From Camelus dromedarius (taxonomy: Eukaryota), in contig NC_087436.1 in NCBI RefSeq assembly GCF_036321535.1, forward strand, positions 54,252,001-54,316,000: a stretch of DNA of 64,000 nucleotides, written 5' to 3'. A model generated the notes under the pieces. It saw only the letters and a list, made by a program, of their open reading frames with translations. It made no database searches and had not been told where the DNA came from. Numbering within the stretch: position 1 is the stretch's first letter; every line of letters begins with the position of its first letter. A program made the translations under genes and the position numbers. Shown here piece by piece: positions 51,443 to 64,000 of this stretch.

Positions 51443-52412
51443 CCCTTTAGCATTTCTTACAAGGCAAGTCTGGTGGTTATGAGCTCCTTCAGCTTTTGTT
51501 TGTTAGGGAAAGTCTTTATCCTTCCTTTATTTCTGAAGGACAGCTTCATCAGGTATAGAATTCTTGGTTCAAAGTTTTTATCTTTAAATATTTTGAATAT
51601 GTCATTCCGTTCTCTCCTGACATGAGAGGTTCCTATGAGAAATCTATTAGTCGTTTTACAGGGTCACCTTACATGTAATTTCTCTCTTTTCTCTTGCTAC
51701 TCTTAAAATTCTCTTTTTTGTCTTTGACTTTTGATAATTATAAATTATGTTTCTTGGTATAGCCCTATGTGGGTTTAACCTATTTGAGGAACTTGTGACC
51801 TCATGGATCTGGATGTTCCTTTCTCTCCACAGGTTTGGGAACTTTTCAGCCTTTATTTCTGGAATTCCCACAATATGAATATATTTTTTTTATGTGTCCC
51901 ATAATTCCTGTAGGTTTTCTTCACTCTTTTTCTTTCTATTTTCTTTTTGCTTCTCTGACTAGGTAGATTTCAGTGTCCTGTCCTTCAGTTTACTGATTCT
52001 TTCTTCCACATGATTGAGTCTATATTTAAAACTCTATTGAATTTTTCAGTTCAGTAATTATATTTTTTAACTGTAGGTTTCTTATTTTTTTTATTTGTTT
52101 TTCTTTTTGATGGTTGCTATTTCCTTGTCACACTTCTTGTTTTGGTCATCCATTGTTTTATTTACCTTAATATTTCCACCGATTTTGTAATTGAGACAGC
52201 TATTGGTCTATTAAGTTTTTTTTATTTATAGGAATAATACATAACTGAAGAAATTTTGGAGGATATTAAAGGACAAAGAGCAAGAGAAGTTTATATAGTT
52301 CCACCATCTAAAAGTAGCAATTGTTAATGTTTCAGTAAATTTTTCTTTATTGTAGTAATAATAAAATACCTCTTTTGGTATTTTGTTTTTTTCAATCAAG
52401 ACTGTATCACAA

Positions 52413-52604
52413 TATATAAAATAGATAAACAACAAAGTCCTACTGTATAGCACCAGAAACTATAGTCAATACCTTGTAATAGCTTATAAGGAAAAAGAAT
52501 ATGAAAGGAATATATATATATATATAACTGCATCACTATGCTGTACACCAGAAACTAACACAACATTGTAAACCTACTATACTTTAATAAGAAAAAATTT
52601 TTAA
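52413..52604 (+). mobile_element. Truncated artiodactyl-type L1 3' end with TSD
   Basis: aaatagataaacaacaaagtcctactgtatagcac...ctatgctgtacaccagaaactaacacaacattgtaaa. TSD aagactgtatcacaa (52398-52412) / acgactatatcacaa (52605-52619). Confidence 0.85.
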
Positions 52605-53476
52605 ACGACTATATCACAAAATGATATAAAGCGTTTTGACTATCATTATTTAATGGCTATAAAATACAAGAATCTTTCATTTGTTCTGAGGAATGCATTG
52701 CTAAAGTCCCCTAAAATTCACCTCTCAATTAAGTTAATAATATTCACATAGGAATAAATAGAAAGCTATGGGTTTATTTATATTTAGTGACCATCTGTTG
52801 TAATTTAAGAACAGATTAGTAGCTTTAATTTGGAGCCACATCCACCACAGATTTTTAAAAAAGTTTGCCATCATCCCTAACTAGTTATGTAGTGCTTTTT
52901 GCAAATCAAGCATCTGCAGTGTCTCTCCTTGTTTACTTTCAATACTTGTTTACTCGTGCCTTTTATGTTTTGTTTTCCATATGTGTCCTGAGATACATAG
53001 GCCTTCTTAAGGGGTAATTGACACTTTTGCTTCAGTTAGAATGTTATAGTGTTCATTGGTTCCAGACATAAAATTTTGTATTCATTTTATGTTACTTGAT
53101 TTAGGTTAATCATGATAATTATGATTCTATCTCTTTTACCACAGTAATTGGTTCAGGTGGGAATTGAAACTAAGCTGGCCCAGAGACTAGCCTAGGACTG
53201 TGTTCTGTGGTTGAAGATAAAAAAACAACTTTCTCTTTTTCTGGATTGTATAACAGTTGGAGATAAGGCTGCAGCCATTATCCTCTGATGAAGAAAGCCT
53301 GCCTGTAAAAGGAATTGACACATGGAAGAGAACAGGGCTTAAAGAATCAGAGAGACATAGAGTTGAAATCATGATTAAGTCACATCTGAAGCCCAGTCTT
53401 ATTCTAAAGTGGTGCTGTTTAACCCTGTGTACACTTTGGAAATTATCTGGGAACCTATAAAATAATTATATAATAT

Positions 53477-53478
<2 letters not shown>

Positions 53479-53517
<39 letters not shown>

Positions 53518-53527
53518 CACACACACA
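53479..53527 (+). repeat. (GT)17-ATAT-(AC)5 compound microsatellite
   Basis: Read directly from the sequence. Confidence 0.95.
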
Positions 53528-53552
53528 TACATATCTGGAGTACTCAAGACCA

Positions 53553-53662
53553 TTTAAAACATCATCTCTGGGGAGGGAGGCACTGGAATTGGGATCTGGG
53601 GAAAGACATTTTTAAAAACCTCCCCAGGTGATTCTAAAATACAGACAGTGTGAGAACTATTG
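53553..53662. mobile_element. MER5A-like fragment inside an MLT1-like LTR (~53150-53765)
   Basis: catttttaaaaacctccccaggtgattctaaaatacagacagtgtgagaactattg. Confidence 0.6.
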
Positions 53663-55621
53663 CTTTTGATTTTCAGTAATATAAGCCCATAATTTTCTTT
53701 ATTATTTAAGTCTACATATGTTTCTTCTTCTGTTATATGCAACTGAAATCAATCTCAGTAATGCACAAGGAAAGGAGATTTCATTAGAAAAACTTAGGAA
53801 GGAAAGTTAGCATGAAAAACATCAGTGAAGAATTCCTATACTAATATCCCAGACTCCAGCTAGGCCTTAGGACTCATTAAAAGAATTTAACAATTATTCA
53901 GTTCAGTTTGTTAGGAAAATTGGAAAAAAAGGCAATGGTGCAAACCATTGCAATGAGACAAGAACATGGTAAGTCTTATTAAGAAGATTTAAGTATGGGT
54001 TTATAAAAATATTTCTATTTCATATTGGATGGATAATGGAGTATACACAGAACTAGACCTACATGCTCCAAGATCATTCAGTTGGACAAGAAAGAGATAT
54101 TTTGTCATAAAGTTGACTGTATCCCTTGAAAGATTATGTATTCATAGACTGGATTTATAATTTTTTCTTTTACATTGTAGGTCTATAGACTTTTTATTTC
54201 CTTTAGAGTATTTTAAGGGCAGATTAGTTACTTCCAAGGAGATATTTAGTAACAAACCCTTCTTTTATGTTTTACTGGCAAAATGGTACAGCATTTCTTC
54301 TGTGCTGCTGGGTCATCATCATCATCAGACTTTATTTCAGTCACTTAACTGTATATCAGAACTGCATTTTCTTTTGGGTTATACCTTGAGCCGAATATTT
54401 TTCTGATTTTTGAAACAAATACCATATTCTTATTTTCTGCTTGAGTGGTGTGACTTCCTAATTTAGCATTTAATCACATTTATTTAAAAATGTGAATAAA
54501 AAATTCACAGGATGGCCGAAAAACATAAAATTGAGACTGCAAATGACATCTTGTGACTTTTGGGAATTTTTTCTTGGCCTGTGAACTTCAATTTTGTTTT
54601 TTAAACCAATATAGAGATCCACTTCTTACTCTTTCTCTGAGCTGCTTTTGTTCCCTAGTCCCAGGCTGACTGTTATTCTTGGGATCTAGGCCTTTGAATA
54701 GGGATACCAGTATTGGAAAATCTGTGCAAATTTCCTGAACTAGCATTAATTTAGATCAAGGAAGACTTCAATCCAGACATGTAAACTAGTAGGCATAGAG
54801 ATGACTGAGGATCACATTAAGCATTATCTCATGTAAGTCAGCAGCTAACGTATGTGGTTGAGACTGAGTAGAGCAGTGAACTGGGAATCCTGAGATAAAT
54901 GAACCAAGAAGAGAAACGTTGAGCTCTTGGAGATGATCATAAGGAAAGAGAGGAGCTAGAAGGCGAAGTTATAGCCAAAGTAGGCAGGAGGGAATTCTTA
55001 CTTTAGAAAGTAAATTATTTTAGAAAATAAATTTTATTTTGTTGAAACTAGGAATCAGAAACAGTTGCTTTGGTTTGAATGGCCTGTTTTCTAAGTCATA
55101 CAAAGGGCAGTTGTACTACATTTTATTTTTTCATTAATGAGTGTTCTGAGAGAAGATGATAATATTTTTATGAGAGAAATTACCACCTTAAATTTCTTTT
55201 TGAATCAATGTAACATAAATATTATAGCAAGAATTTGTGAATTATATACATTACAGAAAAATTGTGAAAAATAACTTCAAATAATATTTAGAAATGAATT
55301 TATTCATAAAACATACCTTTTAGACTATGGTTCACCTTTCATAATTTCATAAGTAGGACTTTTAGGAACTTAGGTTTCTGCAAAGTGCCCTACATTTTAA
55401 TTTCTAACAGGTAGACCTTTATACTCGATGTAATTGAATAGCTACTTTGTTGTTATTGACACAGGAAAAAAAATACATGTTTTGTTTTCCTCTTTTGATT
55501 CTCTCTTTTATTCTCCATTGATTTTTTATTCTTTCTGTTACTGATACCAGGACCCATCATCTTGGGTTTCCATATTTATAAACGGTATACTTTAGGGGAC
55601 TTAGAAAAATGCTTAACACAT

Positions 55622-56105
55622 ATGTGGCAGAAACTGCCATCCGTCTCCCTTAACATTTATTCTCCCCCATCTCCTTATTAGCAGAACCTGACTCTTTTGA
55701 ACCAATAATGCATCATTTGTAGCTAGATGTTTTCAATGATTAAGTTCTTGCCAATGAAAGGTAAATTGAATTTACATATTAACTCTGAGTCCAGTTTTCT
55801 CCTTTGTAAAATAGTCTTCTTATATGTTACTGACACTTGCATTAAGTTTCTTCACTCTTGAGAAATTTCTTTAAAAGAGAGGATGTGACCTTTTCTTTTC
55901 CATTTCTTGAACAATGAGGACAAGTGCCTCACCTAGGGACTGCAGGGCAGTGAACTGGAAGAACTAAGATCTCTGACAACTGTGAGGAGATTGATAGCAT
56001 TCCTGGATTTCCTACTCCTAGAATTATTTAAAATGAAAGAGAAATAGCTTCTACCTTACTTAAGATGCTGTATTTTGTATTTCTATGTTAAATGCAATCT
56101 ATATT
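55622..56105 (+). mobile_element. MLT1J-like LTR
   Basis: tgtggcagaaactgcc...attctccccc...ttattagcagaacc...taagttcttgccaatgaaaggtaa...aaatgaaagagaaatagcttctacctt. Confidence 0.6.
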
Positions 56106-57320
56106 TTGGTTACCAAATGGTTCCATATGAGTGACATTTTCATTAAAATGGTTCAGTCCAAAAGAACATTTTGATCCTTTTTTGTGTCTTTTTTTTCTGT
56201 GGTTCCAAATAAATAGTTATTATAATTCTTTATGTAGAATTACACTTATTCTTCTCCCAGAAGAATTCTCTTTCACCGATGCTTTCCTTACAGGTCATAC
56301 TCACATCATGTGATACTCCTGCCACATGCAGTCTACTGAGGAATGTAGTTGGCTTTCCTCTCTGACTGGGAGGAGGTAAATAGGTAGTATCTGAATATTG
56401 TGATCAGAGGAGAAACGTAGAACTATAAACCTCCAAAAATGAAAAACAATTTTGCCACCAGTTGTATTTTCTTAACAATCCTCCTAATCACACTCTTTTG
56501 GAGGTTCTATTTTTTTTTAATATAGAGAAAAATAGGGCTCAGTTTTCTTAAGTAACTTGCCCACATTTTTGTAGTTACTAAAACTAAGTTGGGGCTTAAA
56601 CACTTATTATCTGATTCCAAAACCCACGATTACACCTCTACATTTTGTTGTGCAAAGATAATGATAAAGTGTGATAAATGCATCGGTAGAGAAAATTTTG
56701 TAGAAAACTTGACACCTGATTGGAGTTATCTAGATAACCTCTGTAGTGAGGAGCACAGGGTGGGGACCATGGGAGTAGGAAGGTAGTTCAGGTAGAGGAG
56801 ATCTCCACTGCATACCAGGTAGCTGGTGTTGGGGAAGTATTGTTCTAGTGAAAAGGACAGATATGAAAGTCTCTGGTCTCATGGAGCTTACTTAAGTTTT
56901 TCTCTGGTTTTGTGGTTTAGTTTATTTTTCTTTCCATTCAAATGAAATATTGTTCTATTATTAAGTTTATTATTCCTTCAGAGGTTTATGTAATTCCAGT
57001 GCAGAAAATAATCCTCTTCATTAAAAAGACAAGACTGAATAATGAAGTGCATGAGAATTTTTATGTTCTTTTCCTATCCCATGAGGTATTTTTCTCTTTA
57101 TTATAAGAAAATGAATAAGAGAAAGATACATTTTTGAGTTTCAGATGGGACAGATAATACCCAAAAGAAATATACATACAAAGCAATAAGTTAATTTTTG
57201 CCACAAAATAACAACATATTCATTATTAACAGTTGCTAATATTTGGTTATGTTATTTCTTCAGTTGCCTGCTTTGATAAAGCTTTATTTCTTAAGAGTGC
57301 ACCTTTGATTTTAAATGGAA

Positions 57321-57632
57321 TAGTCAGCCCTCTTTATCCATGGGTTCTTCATCCTTGAATTCAACCAAATGCAGATGGAAAATATTTGGGAAAAAGAACC
57401 CAGAAAGTTCCAAAAAGAAAAGCTTGCATTTACCCCATGCTGGCAACTATTTACATAGTATTTACATTTTGTTAGGTATCATAAGTAATCTAAAGATGAT
57501 TTAAAGTATTCAGGAGGATATGCAATGTTATACGCAAATACTGTGCCACTTTCTATAAGGGACTTGAGCATTGTGGATTTTGGTGCTCTTTGGTTATGGA
57601 AACAATCCTCCACAGATACTGAGGAATGACTG
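57321..57632. mobile_element. MER2-like Tc1/mariner (Tigger) MITE
   Basis: Imperfect TIRs agtcagccctctttatccatgg / ccacagatactgaggaatgactg with TA on the right flank. Internal aaagttccaaaaagaaaagcttgcattt is typical of MER2. Confidence 0.8.
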
Positions 57633-58237
57633 TATATTAACACAAAGTGAGAGAGTATTACTAATCTTAAAATGCCAGATTTTAGGCAAAGCTCTTCCAT
57701 AACATTTACAGCAAGGTGAGTTTGGCATGTGTGTGTCTACCTTCCAGTTGCTTGAGTTTCTCTTATGTTTCTTCCATAAAAGTCTGTTTGTTTATTTAAT
57801 AAACTAATCATCTTATACAGATAAACTAGCCATGACCCCAAAATGAGATTAAGTAAGTAATTTAAACACAATAGTTGTCTGCAATTAATTACATCACATT
57901 ATGGCATTCCTGAGTCACTCAATGTTAAATCTTACTTTAATACAGTTCAAAATTACATTACTTACCTTCTATGAAAATAAGAATATCCTTTTAAAAGTAT
58001 GGATTACAGTAATTTATTAAAATGATCTTATTTTCTATGCTTATTTGATGCCTAGAAAACATGACTTCAACTGAAGAGGAAAAAGTTATTTTCTTATTTC
58101 AAATGTATTATATGTAACAGAGTTAATAGTCACCTTAAAGTAGAACATTTTCTGAAGAATGTCACTGTGACTCTTGATTTCCACAACTAAAAACTGTCGT
58201 GTATTCTTCCTCCTCTTGGGCAGTGTCTTTTTGTCTG

Positions 58238-58278
<41 letters not shown>

Positions 58279-58284
58279 ATCTGT

Positions 58285-58670
58285 CTATTTAGGTGATACT
58301 TCATTGTAGTTTTGATTTGCATTTCTCTGATAATTAACGATATCGAGCATGCCTATTGGCCATTTGTATGTCTTCATTGGAGAATTGCTTGTTTAGGTCT
58401 CATGCCCATTTTTGGATTGGGTTGCTTGTTTTTTTTGTATGAGATTTTTGTATATTCTGGAAATTAAGCCATTGTCAGTAGCATCACTTGCAAATACTTT
58501 CTCCCAGTCTGTAGATTGTCTTTTTGTTTTGTTTATGGTTTCCTTTGTTGTGCAAAAGCTTGTAAGTTTAATTAGGTCCTGTTTGTTTATTTTTACTTTT
58601 ATTTATATTGCCTGGGTAGACTGCCCTAGGAGAACATTGCTAAGAATTATGTCAGATAATGTTTTGCCAA
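58285..58670 (-). mobile_element. L1 ORF2 3' fragment adjoining a (CTGT)n microsatellite (58233-58285)
   Basis: gaggtgatac-like start, ttcattgtagttttgatttgcatttctctgataatta...ccctaggagaacattgctaaga. Confidence 0.85.
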
Positions 58671-59986
58671 AACCAAAACCCTAAGGATTATACGTTTTCT
58701 TTTCTTGTTACCTCATGTGGGACATCACGTAGTTTGTCATGTATTAAAGGCCTTAAAAATCATTATTTTGAAAGAAATAGCAGGGGTTTCAGAAATTCAG
58801 GCATATGTTGCCTAAAATAACCCAAAGAGAAAATTCTCTAAGTGTCAGTTTACTGTCATTTGCTCTCTTGCTGTGGATTTTCTGTGTGTAAATACAGTGT
58901 TGTGTAATTACATATACAATGTGCAATATTTTGATAGTAGCTGTTTTAGAATATAAGCTTCTCAGAATGGGGAAGAGAACATTTGTATACATACTTCATG
59001 TGTTACCTAGAAGAAAGTACTGAAAGTGAAAATACTACTTCTTGTACATCTTTATAATCATACTTGTTTAACTACTTTGACAGAGAAAATTAATAATAAC
59101 TTATCTGGGCAAGTTACTTTACAGATGTGCTAATTTAATGTCTTCCTTTTAAAACATTGGGAATCCTAAACAAGTTTTAAAGTTGGTTGTTATATGATAT
59201 ATAAAATTAGCATATTATTACAAATAGATCACAGATGGAAAAGAAATACTTGTTTGGAAGTCTGTAGAATGACTTCTAATCTTGTTTACTTAAAATATTC
59301 TTTTAGAACCAACTCCAATTTATTATATGTTGAATAGGTTTGAAATTAGGTTGAATGAAAAGATTCTCATACAGTCTGGAAAGTGTTGTTTCTTCTGAGT
59401 TTCCATAGCTATTGAGATACTTGGAAGTTTAGACAGGTTAAAGAAATCTTTACAAATATTTTAATTTTTATATTTTTTGAAAATGGGAGCTATTTAGGGA
59501 ATCCAACTTTATGCAATAATATGCTACCTTTAAACTGAAAAGGTTGAGTGGTAGAAATAGACTGTTGTTTATAGAAAACTGCTACTAGTTTCTTGAAAAT
59601 CTTAAGTGAATTACATAAAACTCAAACTAGTGCTAGTATATAAAGCTGATCTAGTTAAATTTATTGTGTTTCAATGAGTTATTAAAGAGGTTTTCTGGAG
59701 TTGTGTCAGATTATTATTAATACAACTTATATTTCTTATTTTTAAATAATATGTTAAACATTTGCCTGCAATTTTTAGCACCCGGAGAGGGAAGGTTTAA
59801 GTTGTCAGATCCAGGATTTATTGTTAATGTCAAAAGCAAATTCCAAATTACTCTTCCTGTCCATTGTATACTTTACTCTTCCTGTCCGTTGTATCATCGC
59901 TGTCAGTGATTTTACTTATATATAAGCATACATAAGCATATATATATATATATATATATGTTTATATATGACATACATACACATAC

Positions 59987-60128
59987 CAGCATACCTTGGT
60001 TTATTGCCCTTTGCTGATACTGAGGTTTTTACAAATTGAAGGTTTGTAGCAACCCTGTGTCTGAGCATCTACCAGTGCCATTTTCCAACATCATTTGCTC
60101 ACTTTGTCTCTGTGTCACATTTTAGTAA
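59987..60128 (+). mobile_element. Tigger1 5' fragment
   Basis: cagcataccttggtttattgc...ttttacaaattgaaggtttgtagcaaccctgtgtctgagc...ctctgtgtcacattttagtaa. Confidence 0.8.
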
Positions 60129-63100
60129 ATTATACAGTTTCTTTCCTTAAAATACAATGCTAATAGCATGCCTGCTCATCTATCTGTCTGTCTGTCTGTC
60201 TATCTAGGCAAAGCTTGTGATAGCAGTTTTATTACATTGAACAAATTCCCCAAACAGAAACTATCTGTCTAATAGTGAGTGTGAAGTTTTAGTTTGTTAC
60301 AATTCATAATTATTTTTGGTTCTGCTCATGTTGGAAAGAAAAATGTACAAAAGTGATAATTTTACAGCTGAAAGAAGTTGCAGTAAATAATTGTGTGATA
60401 TATAATACAATTGAAATAAGATATTTTGGAAAAATCTCTACTCTGAAATTTATTTGCACTGCACGATTCTCTGTATAGCGTAAAACTACTTTTTAAGATT
60501 CTTCTCTCATTTTATATACTTATAACAATATAATACCCCCCAATTCTAGGTGGTAGGGTACTCATAAAATTGAATATTTAGATTTCTTTTTTCTTTTTTT
60601 TACTTTTACTGATGCTGTTTTCATTTGAAGTTTGATAGTAGTCAAAACTGATTAGTTTAATTTCTTTTATTTAGACTGGCAATATAAAAAGTAGCACGAA
60701 TCTTTTATGTTAACAGAATAGCATAAACATAGTGCTTACAAAGAATTATCTTCTCAGACAGTCATAATGTAAGATAATTACATTTTTAACAGCATTAGTT
60801 ACTTAGTAAAGGGATCCAGAGGAGCTCTGGGGACTCTCATATTTTATTAATCCACAGGAGCAGGCAAGAAAATAGTAAGTATCAGTGACAGATCCTGGAA
60901 ATCATGGACTATGAACTCTGTGACCCTGCTTGACTTATTTATCCTCCTATTTTATGATCTTGTTATGTTCAAATTATGATCAGCAAAATATGTGTGTTTT
61001 TGCTAGTCGATGTTTATCACTAAAGCAAAATTACAGTCATGCCACAAAAAAGAGGAACACTATATACAGTCTGAATTTTTTGAAATGAGAAATTTGGAAA
61101 CTGAATTTTTTCACTTTTATCTGCTATTCTGCCATGTTATTTAAATATGATACTATACCAATAATAGTAATAATAAATATTGTGATATTCAGAACGTTCA
61201 TGCTAAGACATGAAAAGTAATGTAGAATTCAAAAAAGTATTGTGCTATTGTTTCTGTTATTATTATTACTATCATTATTATGAGCAACTTGCATAGAACC
61301 TTCTTGATTTAATGTATTGCTTTTAATAGCACATGATCACGGTTGCTACCACTCTTTTCATTGTCTGCCTCCAGTGGCCTTAGGTCTTTCGAAGTGTGTT
61401 GTTGATTACATCAGTTAGATGTATGCAGTATTAAATAGGTGAAACACTCTCAGTTCTAAATATTTTCTCTAGAAGTTACCACCACTACCGTCACTTGGCA
61501 TTAAAGCTTGATTTGACTTTGTTCAAACTAAGCTTCTTAGTCTGTTTCATATACTACAGTAGGCTTACCTCTCTCAAGGTAATGCCACAATGGTTGCAAG
61601 GAATCCTCAGTGTCATGTAGTTCTGATTCCCAAGAGAAACTCTTGACCACCTCCTGGCTATGGTTCTAGAAGTAGGATATCTTCAGGGGTCAAAAGATCT
61701 GGCATTGTATGGGGAAGAATATCTTCATAATGCTGGGGACTGGTTTGACAGTGTAGGGTAAGCATATACTGAAGCCAAAACCAATTGAGATAACTTTAAA
61801 AGTCAATCGGTGGACTTGGGATACCTCTCACATCTTGTCTAGCATCTAGGATCTCTTATTCAGAGAAAATAAAGCTCCCAAATTCCAAACAGAATCTCCA
61901 GATACAGTTCCCATCTTTGACTTGGATCCAGAGTCAGTGTTGCAGCTGGAGACAGGACTGACTGGAGTCAGGGATTGTGTAAAGTCAAATTGGGGCAGTA
62001 TATTATTCATTTACCTGTGAAACCACAACCTCTTAGACTAGAAAGCCAGGAAAGCTGCTGTCATATGCACCTGATATGAATTAAAATGTTTTCCAGGCCA
62101 GATGGCATCATCATGTACTTAGATTGGCCAAAGCTTTATTCATTACCTTCGTGGTAGAGGCTAACATTGCAAGTACTACAGGCATAATTTTTTAAAGTGT
62201 CAGATAAATAATTTAAATTACAAAATACTGTTTTCTCCTTTTGAGCTTGTGTTGTCCGTATTTTGTGTTAGTTGTTTCCTTAATCAGACCAACTGTGGAT
62301 ATCAGGTGACTTATTTCCACATTAATTTAGAAAACCTATTAGGTCTATTCATAAAAAGTTGAAATGTCTCACAATTTGAGAGAGAAAAGTTTTAACAGAT
62401 GTCAACTTATATCTGAATTAAGCTTAGCAACATTAATACAGAATTCGTTCAAGTAGTTTTTAAGTCTTACTGCCTTACTTTAGTCTTCTGAGTCCTCTCA
62501 ATCAATTCAACATCTGTAAACTTAAAACAGTGCTATTTATAAATTAGAAAATTATGGGAGTTTGGAAGGATTTTGAGACACATTGTATAATACAGATTGA
62601 GATATTTGACTTCCATATACTATTATCATTTTTGAATTGTCAAGTAATATAGTCTTTTGTTTATGTGATTAATATACTTTAAAATTGTTTATATTTATAA
62701 TTGTGAAAGTATAATTTAATTTTCTATTTTATGTAATACATTAATCTAAAGTTCAAAGTTTTTTTTTATTAAAGGGTCCTTTTATTATTAAGGCATGAAC
62801 ATTTGAAAAGAAGTATTTGTAGCTGACTTTAATTATCTAGACTTCAGGGAGTGCCATTATTAAAAAATTCAAATCAAACATAATGGCTATAAATAGAACC
62901 TTTTTAGTCATATGGTCGGAAAGTAGTTTAATATTTCCATGCTGGGCCCCCTTTTGCCAAACTTAATGAAAATCAGCATGATGTTGTAGCAGTTAGTATC
63001 TGAATTCTTATCTTCATAAGTACTGAAATAAGAGAGATTCAAATAACAACTAGTAAACCACTATTATCTGTATCACATTCCTCATCTGAATCAGAAACTG

Positions 63101-64000
63101 GCATGAGCCTTCAGCAGAAGTTCTTTCTCTTTTGATGGCATCCTTGTTTTCTCTGAGAGTGCATTGGATCAGAATTGCTAACTAACAGTTTAGCAGCTTT
63201 ATTCCCAATTTAGTGAACAGTCAATTCAATGACTACTGTGCATAGTTGCTCTGAAAGAAAAAGTAGAATTCAGTGATCTGACTCGCAGTCTTCTGTGGTG
63301 AATCTATGAAAAAGATATGTTTATATCAACGTTTTAATTCCTTTGTCTCCATGAATACAAGGAAGGCAGAGTAAAATTAAATTTTTTTCGATTTATGTGA
63401 AATATTTACCTTTTAAGCTCATTTTATTATTCTTATTTTGGATTTCTTAAAATATTTAAGGTCAAATAAATTTTTTGGCAAAAATGTTTGACAAGTCTTA
63501 TCCTCCAAGAGAATCATAAGCACTTTATCTTTTGCTAGTATGCTTTTTACTCTTTTAAAAAGTAATTAATGTATTTTTAAAATTTAGTGTTGGCAGATCT
63601 TGTGAATGGTAACACTCTTATTTTTACAGATCCTTTTGCAGTGCTTTCACCCATTAATTACTCTCCATGGTCTTGTCATGGCAATCATGATGAACCTGAT
63701 CTATGTGATGGTGGGAAACATTTCAGGTTACCATGGTAACTCACTGGGAGCACTGTGAAAAGCTCTTAGGTCAAGAGGCTTTAGGAAAAAAGTTAGCTAG
63801 AAACAGACTATTCTTTTGAGACCACAGATTTGGTATTTTCTACTTAGAAATGAATGCCTCACCCAAAAAATGATTACTATTTTATCAGAAATAGACTTAG
63901 GGGAAAACATTTTGAACTTATTAAGTTCAAATTTAAAGTAAATTCAGGATAATTTCAAATCACTAAAAATATAATATTCTTAAATATTATGAAGGCAGAA

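Larger units (their letters stand above)
46161..52160 (-). mobile_element. Long degenerate L1 (ORF1 through 3' part of ORF2) hosting three nested insertions
   Basis: ORF1 remnant 51656-51871, endonuclease remnants 50053-50733, ORF2 48133-48476 ([14 protein letters not shown]...[18 protein letters not shown]). The L1 is colinear across each insert. Confidence 0.92.

Noticed and set aside
48133..51871. ORFs at 48133, 48288, 50053, 50482 and 51656 as host genes or an active L1
   Set aside because: They are short, frameshifted L1 ORF1/ORF2 remnants interrupted by insertions.
61300..63310. Stretches of moderate GC that might be pseudogene or ERV fragments
   Set aside because: I could not recognise any motif or reading frame, so they are left unannotated.
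30806..64000. Further STPG2 coding exons
   Set aside because: I found no PGP/PAP-G-x-Y coding segment with splice sites by eye. This is consistent with one long intron, but a spliced alignment is needed to be sure.

Overview
Mammalian, AT-rich, repeat-dense genomic DNA. Two vic-1-type tRNA-derived SINEs point to a camelid. The window appears to lie entirely inside STPG2 (sperm-tail PG-rich repeat containing 2, + strand): four GT-AG exons (15744-15851, 18676-18835, 23674-23834, 30713-30805) splice in frame into 174 aa carrying four P-[GA]-P-[GA]-x-Y SHIPPO-type repeats. Neither the start nor the stop of the gene is in the window. The introns are filled with ERVL/MaLR, L1, L2, MIR, SINE and DNA-transposon relics. 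Highlights: (1) an antisense, full-length processed C11orf54 retrocopy nested in an L1, with a 310-aa open frame, an in-frame A17 run and two late stop codons; (2) a young 336-bp solo LTR whose U3 is a 39-bp tandem array of NRF1-like and NF-E2/ARE motifs; (3) an apparent loss and 18-nt shift of an STPG2 splice acceptor; (4) an L1 3' transduction with a TSD; (5) a U6 retropseudogene. Repeat subfamily names and comparisons to human proteins come from memory, not from a search. I found no convincing wholly new biological system.
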